A DNA stretch of 64,000 nucleotides. It comes from Candidatus Sulfomarinibacteraceae bacterium (GTDB taxonomy: Bacteria; Acidobacteriota; Thermoanaerobaculia; Thermoanaerobaculales; Sulfomarinibacteraceae). The DNA is taken from assembly GCA_963796455.1 (NCBI GenBank), contig CAWCLO010000004.1, positions 1,056,001 through 1,120,000 on the forward strand, read 5' to 3'. Positions within the stretch are counted from its first letter, which is position 1; every line of letters begins with the position of its first letter. The notes beneath the pieces are model-generated. The model worked only from the letters and a program-made list of their open reading frames with translations. It did not search any database and was not told the DNA's origin. This document shows, in pieces, positions 20,181 through 29,324 of this stretch. A program made the translations under genes and the position numbers.

Positions 20181-20933
20181 ATGGCACGGAAGATCGAGGC
20201 CCTGAGCATGCCGAAGGGTCAGGGATCCCGGTACACTGCGGAGCCTTCATTCAGGCTCCATGAGTGGCTTGTGGAACCCGACCTCAATCTGATCAGCCGA
20301 GACGGTCTCCAGATTCGTCTCGAGGTCAAAATTATGGAACTTCTGACCTTCTTTGCCCAACGCGGATCCCGCCTGCTGACCCGGCAGGAACTGGTTGACG
20401 GTGTCTGGAACGCCGATTTCATCTGCGACAACACATTGACACACGCGATCGCGGAACTGCGCGCCGCCCTGGGCGACAACTGTCGAGAGCCGATGTATAT
20501 CGAAACCATCCACCGGCGTGGCTATCGGTTGGTGGCGCCGGTAACGACACTCGAGGGCCGGATCCCTAAGGAAACCGGAAGCCCCTCCCGTTATCGAATC
20601 GTCGATTCCACCCACAGCATCCAGCTTCGAGAAGGCGCCAATCTGATCGGCCGCGCACCCGAGGCGACGGTTCGTATCGATTCAATCTGGGTCTCGCGAG
20701 ATCATGCACGCATTCTCATCGACGAGGCCGCGGCGACGCTCGAGGACCTCGCGAGCCGCAACGGCACCTTCCTCAATGGTATTGAGGTGGTGAGATCCAT
20801 GCGGCTCGCCGCGGGCGACACGATCTTTCTCGGCAAGCACACCAACCCTCTCCACTTCATGGAGTCGGGACCGCAGGCTTCCACCGAGCCCATGACCGAA
20901 AATACCCCTATGGATCGTCTGGCCAGGAACTGA
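20181..20933 (+). CDS. CadC/OmpR-type winged-helix regulator with FHA domain
   Basis: IAELRAALGD...YIETIHRRGY wHTH; IGR, VSRDHA, SRNGTFLNG FHA motifs; GGAGGAGG upstream. Confidence 0.9.
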   Translation: MARKIEALSMPKGQGSRYTAEPSFRLHEWLVEPDLNLISRDGLQIRLEVKIMELLTFFAQRGSRLLTRQELVDGVWNADFICDNTLTHAIAELRAALGDNCREPMYIETIHRRGYRLVAPVTTLEGRIPKETGSPSRYRIVDSTHSIQLREGANLIGRAPEATVRIDSIWVSRDHARILIDEAAATLEDLASRNGTFLNGIEVVRSMRLAAGDTIFLGKHTNPLHFMESGPQASTEPMTENTPMDRLARN

Positions 20934-21000
20934 CAAACGACTCTTTCCGTCCCTGATCACGGTCGCGAAAGTGCAAAAAAGAGTCGGCCTGCGTACCTCC

Positions 21001-21563
21001 CACTCGATACTCGATACTCGATGCTGGATGCTGGATACCGGACCCACGATCCCCTTCCCCACCAACGTCGGAACGGGAGAAAGGGTACAGGGGAGAAAAG
21101 GAGAACGAGCCTCCACATGGCGGAGGGACTGAGTACCCATCGCTATCGGAATCGCTATCGATGGGAAACGGTTGGATTATTCTCCTTGACGCGCTCGCGG
21201 TTCCAATGCTTTCCCGGAAAGTAGAACCAACCAGGACGGACATTTCCAGCATGCGAACAGCGCCTCCCGATGTCATCCTGAGCGAAGCCCCTACAGGGGC
21301 GAAGTCGAAGGATCTATGAGATGAACGGAACAACCCCAGTCCGCAGATCCTTCGACTACGCGCCGAAGGCGCTCCGCTCAGGATGACATATTGAACGACA
21401 GTTCCGATACCGTTACCGAACGGGGGAATAGGGAAAACGCACCGGTGACGACGTTCGTGATAAGGAGAGGGTCTCCCTTTCTCCCTTTCTCCCTTTCTCC
21501 CTTCTCCCTTTCTCCCCTCCTTCTCCCTTTCTCCCTTTCTCCCTTTCTCCCTTTCTCCTCTGC
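21001..21563. repeat. Modular repeat mosaic with a REP-like inverted pair and a CTCCCTTT array
   Basis: Heptamers 21003-21037; TGTCATCCTGAGCG...GAAGGATCT pair 21270-21389; GTGATAAGG at 21457; octamer array 21473-21563. Confidence 0.9.
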
Positions 21564-21617
21564 TCAAACTCCCTGCTCTGCTAAAGTGCAAGCAGAACCG
21601 ACGGGAGGATCAGCGAA

Positions 21618-23012
21618 ATGGCATTGCTCGAGGGCAAGCCCATGTCGAACGTGGATGCGGCGTGGCTTCACATGGAAGACCCCACCAACCTGATGCTGAT
21701 TGCAGGGGTGATGTCCTTCTATGAAAAGCTCGATTTCGGTGAACTCAAAAATATCATCGAGGATCGTCTGTTGCCTTTCGACCGCTTTCGTCAGAAGGTG
21801 ATTGTCTCCACGATTCCAGGCATTGGACCACGCTGGGTTGATGACCCGCACTTCAACCTCAGATCACATCTTCTGCGAGTGGCTCTGCCGGATCCCGGTG
21901 GTCAAGACGAGTTGCAGGAAATGGTCTCCAGCCTTATGAGCACGCCGCTCGACTATTCAAAACCCCTCTGGCAGTTCCAGTACATCGAGAACTATCGCGG
22001 CGGCAGCGCGGTCGTTGCGAGAATCCACCACTGCATCGCCGACGGCATCGCTCTGGTCCGGGTCCTTCTGGGAATGACCGACGATTCGCCCACCGGTTCT
22101 CCCCATGCCCGCCGCAAACGGCGTCGAAGGCGGCCTCTCGGCGGCGGATATTGGCTTCCCGAAGTGGTGAACGACGCCGTCTATTCGGTCGGTCGGATCA
22201 CCGGGCGGATGATCGACAAAACACTCGAAACCGTCACCGACCCGCAACGGGCCGCTCAGTTGATCGCCGAGGGCGCCAAAAGTACGGGGGTGCTGGCCCG
22301 CCTGGCAACGATGCCGGCCGATCCCGACACCGTGTTCGCCGGCGAGCTCTGCACTGCCAAACGCTGTGCCTGGTCGAAGGTCATGCCTCTCGATCAGGTC
22401 AAGGCCTTCAGCAAGGCTCACGACGCGACGATCAACGACGTGCTCCTGGCAGGAGTTGCCGGCGCCTTGCGCCGATACATGATCCAACGAAAAACCGAAG
22501 TTGACGGGGTCGGTATCCGAGCGGTGGTGCCTGTCAATCTGCGACCCGAGTCGGAGATCATCAAGCTCGGCAACAAGTTCGGCCTCGTTTTCCTTGAACT
22601 GCCGGTTGGTGTGGCGGGTCAGATGGACCGGTTACGGGAGCTCAAAAAGCGGATGGACGCGATCAAGGCGTCGTCAGAACCCATGGTGATCTATGCCCTT
22701 CTCAACGCGGTCGGCATCACCGGGCCCAAAGTCGAAAGCCTGGCCCTGCAACTCTTCGGATCCAAAGCGACGGCGGTCATGACCAACGTTCCCGGGCCGC
22801 GCGAGGAGATCTATCTCGCCGGCAAGGCAATGCGCAGCATGATGTTCTGGGTGCCGCAATCAGCTCGTCTCGGCCTTGGTGTGAGCATCTTGAGTTACGC
22901 CGGTCAGGTGCGCCTTGGGATTGCCGTCGATTCCGGGCTCGTGCCCAATCCGGGCGACATCATCGATGCATTCCAGGAGGAGATGGCGGAGATGATGAGT
23001 GAGGCCTCCTGA
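21618..23012 (+). CDS. Wax ester synthase / diacylglycerol acyltransferase (WS/DGAT)
   Basis: HHCIADG catalytic motif, PLWQF, TINDV, VPVNLR, TNVPGP. Confidence 0.93.
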   Translation: MALLEGKPMSNVDAAWLHMEDPTNLMLIAGVMSFYEKLDFGELKNIIEDRLLPFDRFRQKVIVSTIPGIGPRWVDDPHFNLRSHLLRVALPDPGGQDELQEMVSSLMSTPLDYSKPLWQFQYIENYRGGSAVVARIHHCIADGIALVRVLLGMTDDSPTGSPHARRKRRRRRPLGGGYWLPEVVNDAVYSVGRITGRMIDKTLETVTDPQRAAQLIAEGAKSTGVLARLATMPADPDTVFAGELCTAKRCAWSKVMPLDQVKAFSKAHDATINDVLLAGVAGALRRYMIQRKTEVDGVGIRAVVPVNLRPESEIIKLGNKFGLVFLELPVGVAGQMDRLRELKKRMDAIKASSEPMVIYALLNAVGITGPKVESLALQLFGSKATAVMTNVPGPREEIYLAGKAMRSMMFWVPQSARLGLGVSILSYAGQVRLGIAVDSGLVPNPGDIIDAFQEEMAEMMSEAS

Positions 23013-23591
23013 GAGAGAGGGTGAAGGGGATAGGGCCCCGTCACTCGATACTCGAGGGATGCTGGATGCTGGAACCAAACGTCGAACCCTTCCGATCCCG
23101 ATCCCGTTCCCGAAAGGGAGAAAGGGGGAAAGGGAGAAAGGGAGAAACGGAGAACCGCACCCCACAGCGCAGAGGAGCAGAGGGGCGGAGGGGCAGAGGG
23201 GAAACCACCCGGCACTGATCTGCCCTGCATGGGAATGTCGCCTCCCGATGTCATCCTGAGCGGAGCCCGCAGGGCGTAGTCGAAGGATCTATGAGACGGA
23301 CCGAAGCCCCCTTGTGCCGCAGATCCTTCGACTTCGCGCTCGAAGCGCTCCGCTCAGGATGACATCTTGAACGATCGTTCCGGTCCCGATCCCGCTCCCG
23401 ATCCCGTATGGGGCTGACCGTACCCCCGGGGTTGAGGGAGCGTTCGCTATCGCTATCGCTATCGAACGGCTGCTATGGATACCGACCTCGTAAGAGAGAC
23501 AGGGCCTCACCGGTTCCGTAGATCGTGATAAGGGCAGAGTCTCCTCTGCTCCTCTGCTCCTCTGCTCCTCTGCTCCTCTGCTCCTCTGCTC
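23013..23591. repeat. Modular repeat mosaic with a REP-like inverted pair and a CTCCTCTG x6 array
   Basis: GGAGAAAG and CAGAGGAG left arms; REP pair 23248-23365; hexamer runs; GTGATAAGG at 23525; array 23541-23591. Confidence 0.9.
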
Positions 23592-24081
23592 AGAAGTCCA
23601 GACTCCCCTGACCACTCTCATGTGCCAGCAGCCATTTCTTGCGCCACAGTCCGCCGGCGTAGCCCGTCAACTCCCCGCCCGACCCGATCACACGATGGCA
23701 GGGCACGATGATGGCAATCGGGTTGCGGGCGTTAGCGGTCCCAACCGCCCGCGACGCTCCGGGATCGCCAAGACGGCGCGCAATCGCACCATAGGTTTCC
23801 GTGGATCCATAAGGAATCTGCACCAGGTCATCCCACACCCGTCTTTCGAAATCACTTCCGGAGGGATCGACCTCGAGATCGAAAATCGTTCTTTCGCCGG
23901 CGAAGTACTGTTCGAGCTGCCGCACCACTTGCCCACATCCGGGGTCACTCTCGGTCGCGGGCAGGTCATCCTGATCGAGGAACTTCACTGCAAGGAGTAA
24001 GCCCTCCTCGTTGACCGAGACCTCGATCTGACCGATCGGCGACTCGAGTCGAGCCGAAGCTACACCATCGGGAGAAGTCAC
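23590..24081 (-). CDS. ogt: Methylated-DNA--protein-cysteine methyltransferase
   Basis: IPYGSTETYG, SRAVG, PCHRV active site, GYAGG; start uncertain. Confidence 0.92.
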   Translation of the reverse strand: MTSPDGVASARLESPIGQIEVSVNEEGLLLAVKFLDQDDLPATESDPGCGQVVRQLEQYFAGERTIFDLEVDPSGSDFERRVWDDLVQIPYGSTETYGAIARRLGDPGASRAVGTANARNPIAIIVPCHRVIGSGGELTGYAGGLWRKKWLLAHESGQGSLDF

Positions 24082-24287
24082 GCCTCGACCGGACCCCGGA
24101 TCGGTTCGAACACAAATAGTCTGACATCCATATGGTTTTCCCCTTTTTGTAGCAGACCCGCCGGTGATTGAATCGAAGACTACCATGGACCAACCGGTGC
24201 CATTGTTTCGAAGTCGCCGGGATCAGGGGTGATTTCGTCCTCGCGGACACGAAGAAATCCTGACTGAACAACCCTTATACTCATGCG

Positions 24288-26333
24288 GTGAGCGAGTTCT
24301 TCACCACCGCATGCCCGCGGAATTGTTACTCGACCTGTGGTTTCAGGGTGGAGGTTTCGGAAGGGCGAATTCGCACAATCGAAAGCCACCCTGCGAACCT
24401 CGCGACATCCGAGGGCCCCTGTCTCAAAGGCCTGGCCTATGTCGAACGGGTTTATTCCGATGATCGCCTCCTCTATCCGCTCGAGCGAAAAGAGAACGGG
24501 CGATTCGAGCGCATCTCGTGGGATCGAGCCCTCGATCGGATCGCTTCCGAGCTTCTATCGGCCCGCGACCGCCACGGTCCCAGGAGCGTGTTCTTTTATG
24601 CAGGCAGCGGTACCAAGGGGCTGATGAACGAGGTTCCAACCGAATTCTGGCGTCTGTTTGGCGGCTGTACCACGACCTATGGAGATCTCTGTTGGCCGGC
24701 CGGTCTGGAGGCGACCCGGCTGACTCTCGGCGACAATCGCCACAGCGCACCCTGGGATCTGGTCAATGCTCGACTCATCATCCTGTGGGGCAAAAACCCG
24801 GCCGAAACCAACATCCACCAGATGCGTTTTGTTCACAAGGCGGTGGATGGCGGCGCCAAACTCGTCGTGATCGATCCCCGCCGGACGGAATCGGCGGAGG
24901 GTGCGGACCTCCTGGTCCAACCGCGACCCGGTACTGATGGAGCCCTCGCTCTCGGCATCGCCCGTCTGCTGATTTCCAGCTCGGCCATCGACGAGGATTT
25001 CGTCCGGGCCCACGTTCACGGATTTGACGAATTCGCGGCGATGGTTGGTGAATACCCGCCCCATGTGGTTGAAGAAATCACCGACGTTCCAATCCGGGGC
25101 ATCGAGAAGTTGGCGGAGATGATTGCTGCATCCGACGCGGTCAGCATCTGCGCCGGATTCGGAATGCAGCGCTATACCAATTCCGCACAAACGATGCGGG
25201 CGATGATCGCCCTCCTGGCCGTGACCGGTAATCTCGGCAAACCAGGGGCTGGTTGGATCTACGCAAATCTCCAGAGTCACATTTTTTCGCCCTGCAAGGA
25301 CCCACTTGCCCTCTACCCAAACGCAGACGATGAGGACCCGATTCGTGCATCGGTATCCACCGCACGCCTCGGACCCGCGATGGTCGAACAAAATGCCCCG
25401 CCACTCTCGGTGGCCTGGGTGGAGCGAGGCAATCCAGTCACCCAGAACCCGAACACAATGGCGGTTCTCGATGCCTTCCGCAGTCTCGACTTCCGAGTCG
25501 TTGTGGATCAGTTTCTGACCGATACGGCACGCGAGGCCGATATCGTCCTTCCCGCAAAAACCATGTTCGAGCAGACCGATGTCATCAACGCCTATTGGCA
25601 TCCATATATCCAGATCAAGGACAAAATCATCGAATCGCCCGGCGAGGTCCGTCCGGAATCGGAGATCTACTGGGAGCTCGCCCAACGTCTCGGAATGCCC
25701 GAGCGCGAGATCGCGGCTCGGTTGCCCGCTCCCACCGACGAGGCGGTGGAGAAATGGCTCGAAGATCGCCTGGAGCCGTACCGGCAACTCAGCCTCGAGA
25801 TATTGCGAAATGGACCTGTGATCGCACCCGGGGCCCAGGAGATCGCCTGGTCCGACCTTTCCTTCCCGACGCCATCGGGGCGTATCGAGCTCTCTTCCAA
25901 GGAGGCGGCGGACCGGTGGTCAGCTGACACCCTGCCGCGTTTTCGGAAACCGGTCGAAGGCCCGGGCGCCGGCCAAAGGAAATACCCCCTCCATCTTCTG
26001 ACGCCAAACACCAAAAACCGGATCCACTCACAATTCGGGGAGCTGCCGTCGATCAGGGCCCTCGACCCGGAGTGCAGACTCGAGGTCCATCCAACCGACG
26101 CCGTAGCGCGGGGAATCTCCGAGTCCGACCGCGTTCGGGTGTTCAACGACCGCGGCTCGATCGAGGTCCCCGTTCGATTCGATCACAGCCTGCGACCCGG
26201 GTGCATCTCCATTCACAACGGTTGGTGGTTGTCCGAGGGCGGTGGTGTCAACCTGCTTTCAGAGGCTCGAGAAACCGATATGGGACATGGTGCGGCGTTC
26301 CACGAAAACGCCGTCGAGATGGAACGCGCCTGA
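24288..26333 (+). CDS. Molybdopterin (bis-PGD) oxidoreductase catalytic subunit
   Basis: CPRNCYSTC...C FS0 motif, WGKNPAETN, PRPGTDGALA, ADIVLPA, C-terminal binding domain; no Tat signal. Confidence 0.93.
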   Translation: MSEFFTTACPRNCYSTCGFRVEVSEGRIRTIESHPANLATSEGPCLKGLAYVERVYSDDRLLYPLERKENGRFERISWDRALDRIASELLSARDRHGPRSVFFYAGSGTKGLMNEVPTEFWRLFGGCTTTYGDLCWPAGLEATRLTLGDNRHSAPWDLVNARLIILWGKNPAETNIHQMRFVHKAVDGGAKLVVIDPRRTESAEGADLLVQPRPGTDGALALGIARLLISSSAIDEDFVRAHVHGFDEFAAMVGEYPPHVVEEITDVPIRGIEKLAEMIAASDAVSICAGFGMQRYTNSAQTMRAMIALLAVTGNLGKPGAGWIYANLQSHIFSPCKDPLALYPNADDEDPIRASVSTARLGPAMVEQNAPPLSVAWVERGNPVTQNPNTMAVLDAFRSLDFRVVVDQFLTDTAREADIVLPAKTMFEQTDVINAYWHPYIQIKDKIIESPGEVRPESEIYWELAQRLGMPEREIAARLPAPTDEAVEKWLEDRLEPYRQLSLEILRNGPVIAPGAQEIAWSDLSFPTPSGRIELSSKEAADRWSADTLPRFRKPVEGPGAGQRKYPLHLLTPNTKNRIHSQFGELPSIRALDPECRLEVHPTDAVARGISESDRVRVFNDRGSIEVPVRFDHSLRPGCISIHNGWWLSEGGGVNLLSEARETDMGHGAAFHENAVEMERA

Positions 26334-27637
26334 TGGCTCAGGGGCTCTTCGTTCTCGATGTCGACCGCTGTACCGGGTGTTCCGCCTGCGTCGTGGCCTG
26401 CAGAAACGAGAACCCGGTTGCACAAGATCTCAGTTGGCGTGAGGTCCAAACATACAACCGACAACGCCTCCCGTCTGCTCCGGTCTTTCACTACTCCCTC
26501 AGCTGCAATCACTGCCTCGAACCGGCATGCATGAGGGGTTGTCCCGCCAATGCCTACAGCAAGGACCCCACGACGGGTGCCGTCCTCATCGACCCCGCAC
26601 ACTGTTTCGGCTGCCGGTATTGTTCCTGGCTCTGTCCCTACGATGCCCCTCGTATCAGCAACCAATCCCGCATCATGGAGAAGTGCACCTTCTGTAATCA
26701 CCGCCAGGAAGAAGGCCTCGAGCCTGCCTGTGTGGTCGCCTGCCCCACCGATGCGCTTCGATTCGAAGCCGCTTCCGAGCCCGCGGTTGTCCACCGGCCC
26801 GGCTTTCCCGAGACCGGTCTTCACCCGGCCATCAAGGTGATCGGTCGCCGGCGTGAGGCCGCACCCACGGCGGTGGCCACCTTCGATCGACCGTCGTTGC
26901 CACAAACCGGGCTCCACCTCGATTGGAGCGGGCTCAAAAACGAGTGGTCGCTGTGGCTCTTTTCCACCGTAGCGACCATTCTCGTGGCGTGGTTCACCTC
27001 GGCCGCCACCAACGGTGAGGATGTTGTTCTCGCTCTTTTCGCATCAGTTGGCGCCCTTTCGATGGCTGTCAGCGTCCTCCACCTGGGTCGAATCAGCAGA
27101 TTCTGGCGAGCGATACTGAATATCCGATATTCCTGGGTCAGTCGCGAAGTGTTTTTCTTTTCGATCTTTTTTGCATCCGCCTGCTTCGCCATTATGCGGC
27201 CTCCACCGAATTGGCTCCTCTGGACCATTGCGGGCTTTGGGTTTGCAGCGCTCTATTCAATGGACATGGTTTATCGAATACCCGGCCAGCCGGTCCAAAC
27301 CGTGCCGCACAGCGCCATGGCGATCCTGAGTGCCGCCTTCTACATCGGGATCCTCATCGCGAGTCCGGTGCTCCTGTGGCCGGTCGCCGCGGTGAAGGCG
27401 GTTCTTTATCTGGCGCGACCCATCTACCCTCCACCCGGTCTCGCCGCCCTCGCGCCACTGCGCCTCGGCGTAGGTCTGCTCATTCCGTGCGTGCTGGCAA
27501 CGGCTGCGAGCCCCGCTGTTTCGGGCTTCGCGATATGGGCCGCGATCTTTGGCGAGCTCATCGACCGCGGCGAGTTCTACGCCTCCCTCCGATTCCTGAC
27601 CCCGGCAGAGCAAATTGAGATCGATCTCGAGGAGTGA
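26333..27637 (+). CDS. DmsB-like 4Fe-4S subunit fused to a DmsC-like membrane anchor
   Basis: Four Cys clusters (CTGCSACVVAC, CNHCLEPAC, CFGCRYC, CTFC) then EWSL, HLG, SWVSRE and multiple TMs. Confidence 0.88.
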   Translation: MAQGLFVLDVDRCTGCSACVVACRNENPVAQDLSWREVQTYNRQRLPSAPVFHYSLSCNHCLEPACMRGCPANAYSKDPTTGAVLIDPAHCFGCRYCSWLCPYDAPRISNQSRIMEKCTFCNHRQEEGLEPACVVACPTDALRFEAASEPAVVHRPGFPETGLHPAIKVIGRRREAAPTAVATFDRPSLPQTGLHLDWSGLKNEWSLWLFSTVATILVAWFTSAATNGEDVVLALFASVGALSMAVSVLHLGRISRFWRAILNIRYSWVSREVFFFSIFFASACFAIMRPPPNWLLWTIAGFGFAALYSMDMVYRIPGQPVQTVPHSAMAILSAAFYIGILIASPVLLWPVAAVKAVLYLARPIYPPPGLAALAPLRLGVGLLIPCVLATAASPAVSGFAIWAAIFGELIDRGEFYASLRFLTPAEQIEIDLEE

Positions 27638-27660
27638 GATAGAAGCCCGAACTCCGGAGG

Positions 27661-27960
27661 CAGCGACAGTGTCCAGCGGCAGCGGCAGAGAGCAGCGACA
27701 GGGGACAGTGATCAGTGTTCAGGGGCAGAGACCGGGGGCTGCAATCAGGTGCAGTGCCGGCGTGGTCACCTCAGGGGCGTTCAACAGAAGATACAGCCGC
27801 AGTGCTGTAGGCGTCTCGCCTGCACACCGTGCGGCCGAGACGGCCGCACCACAAAGACCGGAGCCCCGAGCAACTGAGTGCCGTTCACTGTCCCGGCCGC
27901 TGATCGCTGACGCTGGTGACTGAACGCTGCCGCTGCCGCTGGACACTGTCGCTGTCCCTG
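27661..27960. mobile_element. Gene-less MITE-like relative of the four-helix-bundle element, with an internal REP pair
   Basis: Perfect 28-bp IR 27661-27688/27927-27954; right arm shares CAGCGGCAGCGTTCAGTCA (inverted) with 2342-2360; REP hairpins 27806-27852. Confidence 0.75.
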
Positions 27961-27996
27961 TACGTTATCGAAACTCTGTCTTGGACTAGCGGTAAC

Positions 27997-28034
27997 CAGT
28001 ATCGAGCATCCAGCATCCAGTATCGAGTATCGAG
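27997..28034 (-). repeat. Heptamer array (CTCGATA/CTGGATG family, reverse orientation)
   Basis: cagtatcgagcatccagcatccagtatcgagtatcgag. Confidence 0.8.
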
Positions 28035-28147
28035 CGATGTCGCCCTCACCCTCGCTCCAATCCGTTCAGTCGAATCTCCAACGGAATCATCCAGCTCTTC
28101 ATTCGTAGTCCGTACTACTGCTAACATCCCCGGTGGAGGATTCTCCG

Positions 28148-29278
28148 ATGTCATTTGAACTTACCAAGCGCCAACAAGACACCGCGGCCGCCGCCATCAC
28201 GATTTTATCGGCGGTGGTGATCATCCTCGCGATCGGCACCCTTTTTTATTTTGTCGGTGCATTCCTGGTGAAGTTCTCGGCTGTTTTCCTGCCGTTGGCG
28301 GTCGCTGCCGTCGCTGCACTGGTGGTCAAACCGTTTTACGAGGCGATCAGGAAGCGGCTGCCACTGGGAAAAGTGGCGGCGTTGGTCGTCGTGTTCTTAT
28401 CGGTGATCATCCCGATCGCGGGACTGGTCTGGTTTTTCGGGGCCATCATCGCCGACCAGATCAAGGGCATCGTGCAGAGTTTTCCCCAGTGGTGGGAGGC
28501 CGCAATGGAGTGGGTCAAAGTGCGGGCTCCACAGGCATTTCAGCTCTACCGTGAGACCGAAGTCGGACAGGCCCTCGGGGCGGCGGTCGAGGAACAAAGC
28601 GACGCCCTCGTCAACGTCGCCAGATTCATGGGAGAACGAGCCGTATCAGCCGGCGCCGGTGTTCTCTCGGGCGTCGGACTCCTGTTGGGTTGGGTCGTGA
28701 CCCCGATCTATTTTTCTTTCTTTCTCATGGCCGACACCAAACCGATCAACAATCTCGAGCAGTATCTGCCTTTTCTCAAACCCGATACCCGGCAGGACCT
28801 TGTCTATCTCTTTCGGGAATTCGTCCACATCATCGTTTCCTTTTTTCGCGGTCAGCTCATCATCGCCTTCCTGCAGGGTCTTCTCTTTGCCATCGGCTTC
28901 ACCCTGGTGGGACTCAAATACGGTTTCGTGATCGGTCTGACTCTCGGCTTCCTCAATATCGTGCCCTATCTCGGCAATATCATCGGTCTCGCCACGGCGC
29001 TCCCCCTGGCCTTTTTCCAACCGGATGGAGGCATCGTTCGGGTCCTGCTGGTGCTGGTGGTTTTCGCCGCGGTACAGATCATCGAGGGTTATTTTTTGAC
29101 GCCGAAAATCATGGGCGACCGCACCGGGCTCCACCCGATCGTCATCATCGTCGCCATTTTCTTCTGGGGCACCGCGCTCAATGGGATCATGGGGATGATC
29201 CTGGCGATTCCCTTGACCGCATTCATGGTGGTCTTCTGGCGCCTGGCGCGGGAGAAATATCTGCCTGAACTGGTTTAA
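28148..29278 (+). CDS. AI-2E family transporter
   Basis: Multi-TM; NIVPYLG, QIIEGYFLTPKIMG, GLHP, LAIPL. Confidence 0.92.
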   Translation: MSFELTKRQQDTAAAAITILSAVVIILAIGTLFYFVGAFLVKFSAVFLPLAVAAVAALVVKPFYEAIRKRLPLGKVAALVVVFLSVIIPIAGLVWFFGAIIADQIKGIVQSFPQWWEAAMEWVKVRAPQAFQLYRETEVGQALGAAVEEQSDALVNVARFMGERAVSAGAGVLSGVGLLLGWVVTPIYFSFFLMADTKPINNLEQYLPFLKPDTRQDLVYLFREFVHIIVSFFRGQLIIAFLQGLLFAIGFTLVGLKYGFVIGLTLGFLNIVPYLGNIIGLATALPLAFFQPDGGIVRVLLVLVVFAAVQIIEGYFLTPKIMGDRTGLHPIVIIVAIFFWGTALNGIMGMILAIPLTAFMVVFWRLAREKYLPELV

Positions 29279-29324
29279 CAACTCTCTTATATAGCGATTT
29301 GGTTATTTTGTGTATCATGAACTC

